This document shows, in pieces, positions 8,066-17,744 of a stretch of DNA of 64,000 bases. Under the pieces are notes generated by a model. That model was not told the origin of the DNA and did no database searches. It worked only from the letters and a program-made list of their open reading frames with translations. Each line of letters opens with the position of its first letter. The first letter of the stretch is position 1. This stretch comes from an uncultured Chitinophaga sp. (GTDB lineage: Bacteria; Bacteroidota; Bacteroidia; Bacteroidales; GCA-2748055): contig CAYGFI010000008.1 in NCBI GenBank assembly GCA_964349045.1, forward strand, positions 1,393-65,392, read 5' to 3'. Both the position numbers and the translations under genes were made by a program.

Positions 8066-10078
8066 TTAAGTATAAAGTGGTATTTTATATGTTGTTCCCG
8101 CAATTACTACAGAAGCCCAAGAATTGGGATTTCCTAAAGCAATATCATTTCCTCCATAGAAAGAAGTAAAAACTGGCGTGATAGTAGTACCGGGAGCTGT
8201 TGCACCAGAATTTCCACACCAAACACTTTCTCTTGTAGTTCCTGTACGAGTGAAAGATAGGTTTGTTCCATTGTACTCCCAGGCTCCTGTTTCTGCTGTA
8301 GTAAGGTTTGTGCCGGAATTGAATTTTAAGAGTGATAATCCTGCCCCAGCTTGACCTGCAGCTATATGAAGATACGCAGATGGGACTGTAACTTTTACCG
8401 CAGCTCCACAAGATAATCCAATTCCTGTTCCAGATAATCTCAGACACTCATTTGAAGAACCAATACCGCCAACCGCAAAAAGTATTGGTAAATTGCTACC
8501 TGACGAAGTAGCTAACAACATACTACCGGTATTACTAATCAGTACATTTTGACTGGCTGTTACTAATCCTGATGTTGTAAATAATGTGCTTAATTTCTCC
8601 ATTAAAAATATTGCAGCACTATTTTGAACACCAAATTGAGCAGAAGCATTTACTGCAATGCTAGGATTAATAATCACTCCCCTATATGTACCAGCGAAAG
8701 TTTGTGATGCGGTGAATGGCTGGTTGGCTACAGGAACGGTTCCGATTCCAATAGAATTTAGTGGCCCGCTAAATATAATGCCGGTTGTTACTGAATCAAT
8801 AAAGGTTAGTCCCTTTGTTGCATGGCTTGTGGAACTTAGTTGTAAATTTTCTCCCGCGCCTGTACCACCAATTAGTGTGGTTCCACCCGAGATACCCAAA
8901 TTATTAGCCAATAAAGTACTTGTAGCAGTAGGATATGTATAGGTAAAAGCACCACTAACAGAAAACGTACTTGCAAAAGCTCCGGTTATAGTTAAAGTAG
9001 ATGCCACGTTATTTGCAATACCTGTTCCGCCATTATTTGCCGGTAATATTCCAGTTACTTTTGTGGTTAAATCAATAGTAGAATTTGCAATCATACCATT
9101 GGTAATACCAAGTGGGGTAATTGCAAAATCATTCCCTGTTAATGTTATGCCCCCGCTACCTGTATAAGTAGTTGCAGAAGTTTTTGCAAATGCAATGGCA
9201 GTTACTCCAATAGTTATTGGTGCATCTGAAGTACAGGTAAATATTTGATCTGCGTTCGCTGCGCCCTGTTCAACTACTACGGTTGCACATAAAATACTTG
9301 TAGCAGAAGGTACGCTGCCACCAGTACTGCAATCAGCCCTTCTGGTCCAAGCCCCTGGGCCACTTGTATAAACTCCGTTTTCAGTGGTAACCGCTTGATT
9401 TTTCACCAAAACAGAAGAACCTGCGGTAAGAATTCCATCAATTACCTGTTCACCAGCTAAAACAATATCTGCCGTTGTGGCAACTTTTACGGCGGTTTTC
9501 CAGCTAAAACCAATATTTAGATTATTAATCTGATTTTGGATATTTGAAGCGGCGCCGCTTAAATAGCCTAATTCAGTTGGTGTAATGGTTGATGAAACAA
9601 GGTTTTTAGTCGCGTCAATGTAAGGAACAGTATCGGCGGTTAATGTGGCAAAATTGTAAATTGGAGAATCTAATTTTATTTTTGTGCCATGATAAATTGT
9701 TGATTCTGCAACTGCGATTTCAAAATAATTAGCTCCTAAATAGGTTTGAATCAATGTTCCATTGGAATAAAAACCAAGATTTCCTGCGGTGTCAAATAAA
9801 TCAAAACCAACGCCGGATTGTAAGTTTAATCCAGAATTGCCATTGAAAGAAGTAATTAAACTTCCGTTTGAAATAAGAAGATTTCCGGCGGCAGACAATT
9901 GCATGCGCTGAATATTGTTTGTATAAAAATCAACTGGAATAGCCGTTGTGGTCCCAAAGAAAGCAGGCGCGGCAAGAGCATTTCCAGTCAGCATCCAGCA
10001 ATACAATGGCAGATCAGCAGGTGTTACTCCTACCTGATCAACTGGGAAAAACCCGGGAAATTCATTTCCAAATGCCAT
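8066..10078 (-). CDS. fibre / receptor-binding protein
   Basis: 670 aa, Gly/Thr/Ala/Ser-rich. TPTELGYLSGAASNIQNQINNL and LPANNGGTGIANN resemble motifs common in phage fibre proteins. Confidence 0.65.
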   Translation of the reverse strand: MAFGNEFPGFFPVDQVGVTPADLPLYCWMLTGNALAAPAFFGTTTAIPVDFYTNNIQRMQLSAAGNLLISNGSLITSFNGNSGLNLQSGVGFDLFDTAGNLGFYSNGTLIQTYLGANYFEIAVAESTIYHGTKIKLDSPIYNFATLTADTVPYIDATKNLVSSTITPTELGYLSGAASNIQNQINNLNIGFSWKTAVKVATTADIVLAGEQVIDGILTAGSSVLVKNQAVTTENGVYTSGPGAWTRRADCSTGGSVPSATSILCATVVVEQGAANADQIFTCTSDAPITIGVTAIAFAKTSATTYTGSGGITLTGNDFAITPLGITNGMIANSTIDLTTKVTGILPANNGGTGIANNVASTLTITGAFASTFSVSGAFTYTYPTATSTLLANNLGISGGTTLIGGTGAGENLQLSSTSHATKGLTFIDSVTTGIIFSGPLNSIGIGTVPVANQPFTASQTFAGTYRGVIINPSIAVNASAQFGVQNSAAIFLMEKLSTLFTTSGLVTASQNVLISNTGSMLLATSSGSNLPILFAVGGIGSSNECLRLSGTGIGLSCGAAVKVTVPSAYLHIAAGQAGAGLSLLKFNSGTNLTTAETGAWEYNGTNLSFTRTGTTRESVWCGNSGATAPGTTITPVFTSFYGGNDIALGNPNSWASVVIAGTTYKIPLYT

Positions 10079-10096
10079 TTGTATTGTTTCTTATTT

Positions 10097-10375
10097 TTAT
10101 CCTACTTCACCCCAAATTTCAACCGCACCACCTGCAGGCACGGTTATTCTAATTCCTTGTACAAATCCACCGCTATTATCACTTGCACCAATTACCTGGC
10201 CGTTTGCTAAGTTTATGGTTCCAGGTGCGGGTAATGTTATTATCGAATTTGTAGTTAAAATCTGACTTGCTACTGCAGACGCTCCTTTCATTGAAAAATT
10301 TACAAAACGCATCTGTGGCGTTACGTTAAACGTTGCTGGTCCTACTAATATATTTGAATATGGTAACTGTGCCAT
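10097..10375 (-). CDS. small beta-rich structural protein (possible vertex component)
   Basis: 92 aa with no TM segment, sitting between the fibre gene and the lytic enzymes. Function is a guess from position only. Confidence 0.5.
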   Translation of the reverse strand: MAQLPYSNILVGPATFNVTPQMRFVNFSMKGASAVASQILTTNSIITLPAPGTINLANGQVIGASDNSGGFVQGIRITVPAGGAVEIWGEVG

Positions 10376-11067
10376 TATGCTCTGCGTATTAAAAAAATAA
10401 TTCCTAATGTAATTCCAACTAATCCTATCGTTGCTGCAATTGCTTTTCCCGGGTTCCTTTTTATAGCTGCAGCCGTGCTCATTATATTACCAGGTATATC
10501 CCGGAAAGGAGCGGTTGAAGCCCTTAGCGCTTTCATTGCATATTCTGCCGGTGTGGCTGTTCCCGAATTTGCGTTTATTACTGCCGGTGGAAATGCGTAT
10601 TGTGTATTTCCAACAGAGGCAGGATAAAATATAAACATAAATAAATCTGTCTGTGTCATTTTTTTTGTGACTTTGCCCTTAGTTTTATCATAAACACCTC
10701 TTGATGCGCCAACAGATTCAAAATTGCATTTCAGATATTTATCAACGTAATCCATTTGCTCACTAAAACTTAGTCTTTTCAGGTCGTCAGTTGTAGTATT
10801 CAAACAAGATCCGGAAGCTGTGCTTTTCAAAAACTGAATTAAACCGGTCGCACCAATACTATTTTGAATTGCAGGATTAAAGGTTCCTGCACTTTCATAA
10901 TTAATAAGATTAGCCAGCCATTCCGGCGGAAAACCGTATTTATTAGCAACGGAAGAAATCTTTTTAACGTCACTCATAGTCAACGGATAAACAGGGTAGC
11001 CCTGGTATTTATACCCGGAAGCAACCCGCTTTTCAATTTGACTATGTAAATCCTTTTCGAATGACAT
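10375..11067 (-). CDS. SLT-type lytic transglycosylase, tail-anchored
   Basis: NYESAGTFNP...GATGLIQFLKSTA matches the E-S ... GLxQ motifs of soluble lytic transglycosylases. C-terminal AIAATIGLVGITLGIIFLIRRA is an anchor. Confidence 0.6.
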   Translation of the reverse strand: MSFEKDLHSQIEKRVASGYKYQGYPVYPLTMSDVKKISSVANKYGFPPEWLANLINYESAGTFNPAIQNSIGATGLIQFLKSTASGSCLNTTTDDLKRLSFSEQMDYVDKYLKCNFESVGASRGVYDKTKGKVTKKMTQTDLFMFIFYPASVGNTQYAFPPAVINANSGTATPAEYAMKALRASTAPFRDIPGNIMSTAAAIKRNPGKAIAATIGLVGITLGIIFLIRRA

Positions 11068-11696
11068 TATAGTACTTTTTTTACAAATTCGTTTTTCAAC
11101 ATTTCGTGACCAGTTCCATTCAAATGCTGGTTATCAGATGCAAATAGTTTTTGATCGCTAGACATTGCGCCAAGATCAATAAACACATCCACCGATTTAT
11201 TATTTTTAATCCAATCCGTAAGCTCGTTAATAAGCGTTCTGTGAATTTCTTTTGTTGCAGAGTAAAATGATTTATTGGGCGCTGTAATTGCCACCACTTT
11301 TGCACCCATCTGTTTTGCCTTATCATACATTGCCTGCAAATTCACTTTCGTTTTATCAATACTCTGCCGGGCAAAAATATCATTGGACATTCCAAGAATT
11401 GTAATAACATCGTACTTAACACCTGTTTTAATTTCTTCATTGAACTGGTCCAGCATCCAATCTGTTTTTTCACCGGATTTAGCCAATTTTTTTATACTGA
11501 TATCCGGGCAATTCTCTTTTAACTTATCTGCATAGCTGGAAGCGCCGGCAGTTGTTGAATCTCCGATAAAAAGGAATTTACTATTGCAGGATATTTTACT
11601 GCCTACTTTACTCATCCTTCTATGCAGCGCAATAAACCCCCAGGTAATTAAACCTGCAGAAGCTACTCCGATTAATATTTTATATCCAAATTTCAT
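11067..11696 (-). CDS. SGNH/GDSL hydrolase, N-terminally anchored
   Basis: FIGDSTT (block I), GMSND (block III) and DNQHLNGTGH (block V, D-x-x-H). N-terminal KILIGVASAGLITWGFIAL is an anchor. Confidence 0.75.
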   Translation of the reverse strand: MKFGYKILIGVASAGLITWGFIALHRRMSKVGSKISCNSKFLFIGDSTTAGASSYADKLKENCPDISIKKLAKSGEKTDWMLDQFNEEIKTGVKYDVITILGMSNDIFARQSIDKTKVNLQAMYDKAKQMGAKVVAITAPNKSFYSATKEIHRTLINELTDWIKNNKSVDVFIDLGAMSSDQKLFASDNQHLNGTGHEMLKNEFVKKVL

Positions 11697-12166
11697 TTTT
11701 TGACTGCTTTCGATTCTGCCTCTGTGTTTCCAGCCACATACGTATATCCCCCGGCGATTAATATTTTTTCCAATCTGTCAAATTCTGCTTGTTCTGTTGG
11801 GCCATAAACACTGCGAACGCCTGGTTTACTAAAAGAAAGGCCAGCCATGCTACGTGCAATACCATTTGCTTCTTCCTGTCCCATTTGCGCTACTCCAATT
11901 CCTACGGGAATTAATTTCCCGTTGTCGGATTGATAACCCATGTTTGCCAATTCAACCTTCCAACCATCCACTTGCTTTTGACCTTCCGGTGTAAGGCGCT
12001 GGGATTTTGCCGCCTCAATTTTATCAAGAAGTTCCTGAGCCTTTTTAGTATCAGCTGCCGGCTTTTTGAAAAAACGTTTTCTCACGTATTTAGCCCCATA
12101 ATAAATACAGGTGCCAGTTACACCAACGGTAGCAATCCCAATTAAAATTTTATGCCAGGTCTTCAT
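11693..12166 (-). CDS. N-terminally anchored membrane protein
   Basis: MKTWHKILIGIATVGVTGTCIYY anchor of the shared MKTxGKxLIG type. Confidence 0.6.
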   Translation of the reverse strand: MKTWHKILIGIATVGVTGTCIYYGAKYVRKRFFKKPAADTKKAQELLDKIEAAKSQRLTPEGQKQVDGWKVELANMGYQSDNGKLIPVGIGVAQMGQEEANGIARSMAGLSFSKPGVRSVYGPTEQAEFDRLEKILIAGGYTYVAGNTEAESKAVKK

Positions 12167-12168
12167 CT

Positions 12169-12516
12169 TTATTTTATTTTTTGTAAATACATTCCAACTC
12201 TCAATTTTTCAGCCGGTGTCCAGCTACTTTCAGTTCTTGCAACCAGCGCTTTGATATCAGCCAAATCTGCTTTTGAAAAGTTTTGCAAAAACTTTGATTT
12301 TGCATTTTGCATTATAGTTGCGCTTGCACCCGTAAAAACATCTACATTATGTGCCGCGAAAAAAGCCACCATTTCATCAAAATCAGAGGCCGTTACTTTT
12401 CCGCTACCGGAACCAGATGAAGGCGTTCCCTTACCTGGTTTAAAAACGAAATAACAACCAGCTCCAATGGCTATTGCAATCCCTATTCCTATACAAACTT
12501 TTAATCCTGTTGTCAT
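12169..12516 (-). CDS. N-terminally anchored membrane protein
   Basis: MTTGLKVCIGIGIAIAIGAGCYFVF anchor. Confidence 0.6.
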   Translation of the reverse strand: MTTGLKVCIGIGIAIAIGAGCYFVFKPGKGTPSSGSGSGKVTASDFDEMVAFFAAHNVDVFTGASATIMQNAKSKFLQNFSKADLADIKALVARTESSWTPAEKLRVGMYLQKIK

Positions 12517-12541
12517 GGCTTTAAAACTTAATTTTTATTTA

Positions 12542-12718
12542 TTACTCCATAGTTGATTCAAATCCTTCTCTTGCAACTTTCTTTTCCGGGCTGGGAACTT
12601 CCGCGGGTTTATGCGGACCGCCGTTTATAATCAGCGTTTTTCCCATAAAGCGGGGAACGAAATAAATAATTGCTACAGCTGTTACAGCCCCTAATCCAAA
12701 TACTAATACGTTTTTCAT
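12542..12718 (-). CDS. small N-terminally anchored protein (58 aa)
   Basis: MKNVLVFGLGAVTAVAIIYFV anchor. Fills the 12517-12729 gap. Below the ORF-track cut-off. Confidence 0.4.
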   Translation of the reverse strand: MKNVLVFGLGAVTAVAIIYFVPRFMGKTLIINGGPHKPAEVPSPEKKVAREGFESTME

Positions 12719-12729
12719 TTTATCGGTTT

Positions 12730-13251
12730 TTAAAATTGGAAATTTATTTTTTTTGAGGTTAACATCGCATTTACTTCTACTAATTCATCATCGCCCAATT
12801 CATCGGCTAACATTTGACCTAATGTGTAATTAGAGTCCCCACTTCCCCAGCCGCAATCATCAATCTTCTGAATTCCGAAAGCAGAAATTAACTGGTAAAC
12901 ATCCAGCTCAGTTTTCAGTGCTGCAAAAATGTTTTTCCATACCTGATTGGAAGTTCCGCATCCGTCTGCAGCTACCTTTAATGAGTTTGCCCAGGTTTTG
13001 TATTGAGCTTCCGGATATGAAAGTTTTATTCCTTTATCCTGCAACTGTTTTACAGTTTTATCAGTTTCTTTAATTTCGTCCCGGCCTTCTTTTGTGTCCT
13101 TATGCGCAATGAAACTATTGTACACTTTCATGCCAACGAAAATAGTTGTACCAATTACAAATGCTACGCCCATAACACCTACAATTGTACGTCCCATTGG
13201 GCTCATTCCTGCCCATAGACCTTTTCCTGAATTTGAACCTTCGCCTGCCAT
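12730..13251 (-). CDS. membrane protein
   Basis: TM segment GRTIVGVMGVAFVIGTTIFVGM near the N-terminus. Confidence 0.6.
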   Translation of the reverse strand: MAGEGSNSGKGLWAGMSPMGRTIVGVMGVAFVIGTTIFVGMKVYNSFIAHKDTKEGRDEIKETDKTVKQLQDKGIKLSYPEAQYKTWANSLKVAADGCGTSNQVWKNIFAALKTELDVYQLISAFGIQKIDDCGWGSGDSNYTLGQMLADELGDDELVEVNAMLTSKKINFQF

Positions 13252-13253
13252 TT

Positions 13254-14105
13254 TTATCGGTATTTATTATATTTTAAATCAAAATCCATTGCCATTTTTA
13301 CAAACTTTTCCCAGCGGGCTCTGTTTTGCGGGTTATCTCTTTTCTCAAAAACCGCTCTAAAACCTTCCAGAAGATCAGCTACAGAATAACCATATCCCAA
13401 AAATATTTTAGCGCCATTCCAGTCCGCTTCTTCTTCATCTGAACTATTCACGTTTTTAAAGAAGTGAGAAAACTCATGTGTACTCCAAGCAATAATTTCA
13501 GGAATGGACGCAGGTTTAACGTGTTTCTGTGCCGCTTCAATTATTCCCCGGTCTTCACTTATTCTCATTGGGGTAGTTGAAACCTGACCTGTTACCCTGT
13601 TTACACACTCAAAAACATAATCTATTCTAAACCGTTTGTCGTTAGAATAGTATGTTTTAGGAAGTGTAAAATATCCCGGTTGCCATGTGTTTGTTTTTTC
13701 ATCAAAGAACGAATTCGGTATTACTTGTACTTTATTACCTGCAGCCAGGTATTTTGCTCTTTTTGCCCATCCTTGTATAAAGGTCATAAATGACTTTATC
13801 ATAGGATCTTTGCTATCATAAAATTCAGGATGCGGATCAAGTGGAAGCACTTTTAACTTCACCACTTTAAAACCGGCATCATTATGTGAATGAACGTTTT
13901 CAATTTTTAATATTCCAATAAGCGGGCTTTCCGGCATCCGTATGTAAAAAGTTTTTTCACCGGAAAGAATTATATTTCTGTTTATGTAATTGCCATACCA
14001 AATATCCGAGTCTGACAATTTCATTGAAAGTTCAATCTTACTTACCGCTTGTATTGTAACGGCTAAAACAAGGGGCTTTTCGCCGAAATACAATGCCTTC
14101 TCCAT
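13254..14105 (-). CDS. hypothetical protein with HExxH motif (possible zinc peptidase)
   Basis: 283 aa. STHEFSHFF contains H-E-x-x-H. No other support for peptidase activity. Confidence 0.6.
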   Translation of the reverse strand: MEKALYFGEKPLVLAVTIQAVSKIELSMKLSDSDIWYGNYINRNIILSGEKTFYIRMPESPLIGILKIENVHSHNDAGFKVVKLKVLPLDPHPEFYDSKDPMIKSFMTFIQGWAKRAKYLAAGNKVQVIPNSFFDEKTNTWQPGYFTLPKTYYSNDKRFRIDYVFECVNRVTGQVSTTPMRISEDRGIIEAAQKHVKPASIPEIIAWSTHEFSHFFKNVNSSDEEEADWNGAKIFLGYGYSVADLLEGFRAVFEKRDNPQNRARWEKFVKMAMDFDLKYNKYR

Positions 14106-14632
14106 TACTCCGAAATTTTAACCCCAATTTTCTTCTCAATACGCGCGATATGCCTGTTCCAAACTTTTATTGAGACAAACACCCCCAACGTACCAAACCC
14201 AATCGCTAACGCCCATTTTAATGCCCTGCCGTTAGGATTTGTATCGCTGATCATTCCACCTATTAAGCCAGCACCCAGAACAACTCCACTGGTTGCTCCA
14301 AGAGCAATTGCCAGCTTCTTACCATGCCTAACAATATAATCAGGGCAGGAAGAAGGATGAAATGCGGCAGCGTTTGAATTTTCTTTAACCAACTCCTTCT
14401 TCATCTTTTCAATTGCGGCATCCATTTCAGCGTCACTTATCCCTTTTTCAGCCATCATACCAACAACCGCGTTATTAATAACCGCCGCTTCTTCCTCAGT
14501 TGAAACACCTAATTTTTGCTTCAACTGTTCAATATCATTCTGGTAAAGAAATAAAATTCCACAAGCGTTTTCTAAAAACGTTTCCTTGTCAGATTCTTTT
14601 AAACCTTTTAATATTTCAGATAAATTTTCCAT
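14105..14632 (-). CDS. membrane protein (two C-terminal TM segments)
   Basis: LAIALGATSGVVLGAGLIGGMI and WALAIGFGTLGVFVSIKVW. Confidence 0.6.
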   Translation of the reverse strand: MENLSEILKGLKESDKETFLENACGILFLYQNDIEQLKQKLGVSTEEEAAVINNAVVGMMAEKGISDAEMDAAIEKMKKELVKENSNAAAFHPSSCPDYIVRHGKKLAIALGATSGVVLGAGLIGGMISDTNPNGRALKWALAIGFGTLGVFVSIKVWNRHIARIEKKIGVKISE

Positions 14633-15012
14633 TATTTACCGGCGTTTTTCTTTTTCGACATTCTTACTAATCCGTAAATTCCAAGACCAATAAGACTAAC
14701 AACCACAATTGATCCGACAATAAAATAACCTTTCGGTATCCCCATAATGTAGGTTTTTCCAGCTGGTGCAGGCGCATAATCCTTTGGCGGGGTATATTCA
14801 GGAGATCCACCACTAGCACCACCACCAAGTAAAAGGCCACCTATTCCAAGTAATTTGTCAAGGTTTCCTTTGTTTTTTTGTTCGGTAATCCAGTCATTAA
14901 ACCCTTTCTGATCGCTGCCTTCAGCATTGTAATATTCTTTCCAGGCCTGATTGGCGGTTTTACGCGGGCCACATTTGTCAGCCGTTTCCTCGTTTAAAAA
15001 TTTACTACTCAT
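14632..15012 (-). CDS. tail-anchored membrane protein
   Basis: C-terminal FIVGSIVVVSLIGLGIYGLV followed by RMSKKKNAGK. Confidence 0.6.
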   Translation of the reverse strand: MSSKFLNEETADKCGPRKTANQAWKEYYNAEGSDQKGFNDWITEQKNKGNLDKLLGIGGLLLGGGASGGSPEYTPPKDYAPAPAGKTYIMGIPKGYFIVGSIVVVSLIGLGIYGLVRMSKKKNAGK

Positions 15013-15037
15013 ATTAAAGTTGAATTACAAATTAATT

Positions 15038-15949
15038 TTAAATAGCTGAAGAATTTTTACCTGTGTAACAATGACCGCCATACCAAAAATTCGGGGCTTT
15101 ACATTCGCTTTCATTTTTGTATCTCAGTGGAGAAGTATTTTTTCCTGCGTAACAATGGCCGTCTGACCAGAAATTTGGTTTTTTACAATCTCCCTGTTGA
15201 ACGTATCTTGTGTTTTGTCCGGCTGATCTGCCGAAAGCATTTTCAAAACCATCAACATTTTCAAACCAATTGCGGCCAGCCACACCGTTAAACGTTGGCT
15301 TTGGCCTTCCGTGCACACAATCCCAATTCTTAGGGCATGGGCCTGCATGTAAATTATTAAACCCATCTACTCCGTTATACCAATCACCAGGAGCACCAGA
15401 TACAACCCACTCACCACCACCTTCGCCGGAATTAGAATTAAAACCGTCTACATTATCAAAGCCATCTACTCCTAAAAATCCAAGTTCCGTGCTTTTTGCC
15501 GGGCGAACTACACCAGGATAAATATATAACTGAACCCATTGTCCGGATTTAGATTTCGTTGTAACCTGGATAAAACCATTCAACGCTGTTTTTTCATAAT
15601 ACCCTGCCAGTTCATCTTTCTTACGGGTGGTACCTGTAAGGATATTTAATTCTTTCGCTTCCGGATAAGTATAATAAGCCATGTTATCTGCTTTTGAATA
15701 AAGCATCTGGTCTTTTTTGAAAGCCTTTACAAGCGGAGGGCGAGGGGTTTGGTTAACAGACGTTGCAATTCCTGTATTTGTAGGTTTTCCATTTTCATCC
15801 AGAAATTCCAAAGGTGGGGTTTCCTCATTCTCTTCCTCTTTTTTTTCAGTAGGAACGCCAAAAAAAGGTTTCCAAACGAAAAAATATCCGGCGGTCACTA
15901 CAAACCCTGTAGCAAGAACCCCGATTAAAACTTTACCAATTGTTTTCAT
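15038..15949 (-). CDS. N-terminally anchored protein with four VDGF[DNE]N repeats
   Basis: MKTIGKVLIGVLATGFVVTAGYFF anchor. VDGFDN, VDGFNS, VDGFNN and VDGFEN repeats. Duplicated C-K-x-PNFW-x2-GHCY-x-GKN at the C-terminus. Confidence 0.65.
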   Translation of the reverse strand: MKTIGKVLIGVLATGFVVTAGYFFVWKPFFGVPTEKKEEENEETPPLEFLDENGKPTNTGIATSVNQTPRPPLVKAFKKDQMLYSKADNMAYYTYPEAKELNILTGTTRKKDELAGYYEKTALNGFIQVTTKSKSGQWVQLYIYPGVVRPAKSTELGFLGVDGFDNVDGFNSNSGEGGGEWVVSGAPGDWYNGVDGFNNLHAGPCPKNWDCVHGRPKPTFNGVAGRNWFENVDGFENAFGRSAGQNTRYVQQGDCKKPNFWSDGHCYAGKNTSPLRYKNESECKAPNFWYGGHCYTGKNSSAI

Positions 15950-15969
15950 TTTTCAGTTATTTTTAATAC

Positions 15970-16194
15970 TTAAAGATTTGGGCCGCTCATAGGCGAACCA
16001 TTATTTTGAGCAACCATCGGCGTTTCTACTGTTGGTTGTAATGACTTAAGATTTTTCACCGGGTTCACCTGCCTTTTCACGGGCTTCTCAATTTTTGATT
16101 TCTGGGCGCTCCCTGATTTTTTAAATGCGTAGGCTATTAAAGCAATTGCAACTCCTGCAACCCCAATTCCGATTAAAACTTTTCCCGTTTTCAT
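15970..16194 (-). CDS. small N-terminally anchored protein
   Basis: MKTGKVLIGIGVAGVAIALIAYAF anchor. Confidence 0.5.
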   Translation of the reverse strand: MKTGKVLIGIGVAGVAIALIAYAFKKSGSAQKSKIEKPVKRQVNPVKNLKSLQPTVETPMVAQNNGSPMSGPNL

Positions 16195-16211
16195 TTATTA
16201 ATTGTTATAAT

Positions 16212-16715
16212 TTAGATCCCTTTAGAAAAAGTAGGTAAAAACCAGAAAGAATCATCTAAAATAATTTGAGATAAATCTTTATGCTCGTCAACTGCCTGAA
16301 TTATTTTTTTGTTTTTATATTCTGGATTTTCTAAAAAATTTCCTTCAAACATTTCTTTCAACATCAGTTTTTCAACATCAGACAACTTTGTTTGTGTGTG
16401 CGGATCTACTGTATATGTTTTTACAGAATCATACGCTTTCTTTTTAGAATCCTGCCAAAGTTGTTCTTTTGCAGTTATTGTCGTTGGCACAACTGCGGGA
16501 GGAGGGCTGGGATTGTTAACCATTACACCTGAATTCGTGTTTCTTGGAGGAAGTTTTTTCATTACTGGTGAAGGATTTTTCTTAGCTGGTGTTTCAGGAA
16601 CTTTTGCAGCTGGGCTTTTGGGTGTTTTTACAAACTTATTATAAGCGATAACTATTGCAGCAATTGTTGCACCTGCAATTCCAACTCCTAATATTATTTT
16701 TCCTACTGTTTTCAT
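16212..16715 (-). CDS. N-terminally anchored protein
   Basis: MKTVGKIILGVGIAGATIAAIVIAY anchor followed by a Pro-rich linker. Confidence 0.6.
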   Translation of the reverse strand: MKTVGKIILGVGIAGATIAAIVIAYNKFVKTPKSPAAKVPETPAKKNPSPVMKKLPPRNTNSGVMVNNPSPPPAVVPTTITAKEQLWQDSKKKAYDSVKTYTVDPHTQTKLSDVEKLMLKEMFEGNFLENPEYKNKKIIQAVDEHKDLSQIILDDSFWFLPTFSKGI

Positions 16716-16716
16716 T

Positions 16717-17208
16717 TTACTTATAATTTTTTATTGATTCCGGCATTTTCATTTTACTTCCAATAAGCCCGCCTAATGTTGCACCAATCAAAACACCCCA
16801 AAACACACTTTTTTTAAATGCTAAAGCGGTAATTGCACCAATTGCGCCACCCGTTAACATTCCGTTCACGCTCTGTCTGCTTTTTGTAATAATTGATTTT
16901 ACTGTTTGCTTACTTGAAATTTCATCTAATTCTTTTATTAATTTTTCTGCCTCTTTTGTAAGTGGCGTTTGTACAATTTCTTTTCCTTCATCATCAACGT
17001 TATACTTCAATTGCAGGTTGCTACCAGCCATTATGTACCCGTTGTCAATTATAAACAGTTCATCCGGGTATTGAGAAGCGTCCGGCCCTTCGTATTTAAC
17101 TCCAATTACTTCCTCACCTGCCCTAAATAATCGCGGAGAAGTTAATTCCTGATCATCCCCACGGTAAGTATTGTAATCATCTTTTATTTTGAATAAACTA
17201 CTACCCAT
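16717..17208 (-). CDS. membrane protein (C-terminal glycine-zipper-like TM segments)
   Basis: GGAIGAITALAF and WGVLIGATLGGLIG near the C-terminus. Confidence 0.6.
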   Translation of the reverse strand: MGSSLFKIKDDYNTYRGDDQELTSPRLFRAGEEVIGVKYEGPDASQYPDELFIIDNGYIMAGSNLQLKYNVDDEGKEIVQTPLTKEAEKLIKELDEISSKQTVKSIITKSRQSVNGMLTGGAIGAITALAFKKSVFWGVLIGATLGGLIGSKMKMPESIKNYK

Positions 17209-17744
17209 TATTTCTTTGTCGCCATTTTATAAATAACAAATCCAAGGGCACCAACAACAACCATGGCTCCCACAATAATTCCTGCAATTGCAAGTCCTGA
17301 TAAACCTGCCGGCGGATTTTGTTTTGCCATTAAATTAGCCAGCATCATTTGCTTTGTCTGTTCCTTTGCAGCTTTATTTTGCTGGCCACCAGAGAAAATA
17401 CCAGCTACACTTCCAACCGCACCAGCAATCGCATTTATAAGCGCCGGTTTACTGTCTTTATCTTCGCCATCTGCGTTATAATATTTTTCACTTAATAATT
17501 CGCTCAATTTGTTGATGAAATCCTTGTTGTCGTAAATTTCATTACTTACCGCAGAAACAATTTCCCTGTTACTTGCAGTTTCACGGATGTTTACCCCGGA
17601 TTTTGCCAATGCATCTATAACACCTGCGCGGTCACTGATAATTGCATCATTAACTGCGTTGATAAGTATATCCATTGCGCCATGAGGATCAACCCCGGCG
17701 GCATTGGTGAAATTTTCTATAAAAGCGTTTGCAGGATATAACAT
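17208..17744 (-). CDS. tail-anchored membrane protein
   Basis: C-terminal LAIAGIIVGAMVVVGALGFVIY followed by KMATKK. Confidence 0.6.
   Translation of the reverse strand: MLYPANAFIENFTNAAGVDPHGAMDILINAVNDAIISDRAGVIDALAKSGVNIRETASNREIVSAVSNEIYDNKDFINKLSELLSEKYYNADGEDKDSKPALINAIAGAVGSVAGIFSGGQQNKAAKEQTKQMMLANLMAKQNPPAGLSGLAIAGIIVGAMVVVGALGFVIYKMATKK

Noticed and set aside
8066-10078. The 670-aa ORF as a tape-measure protein, which would imply a tailed phage
   Set aside because: Its composition is Gly/Thr/Ser/Asn-rich with fibre-type motifs (GGTG, ELGYLSG..IQ.QI). It lacks the long helical or coiled-coil character of tape-measure proteins.
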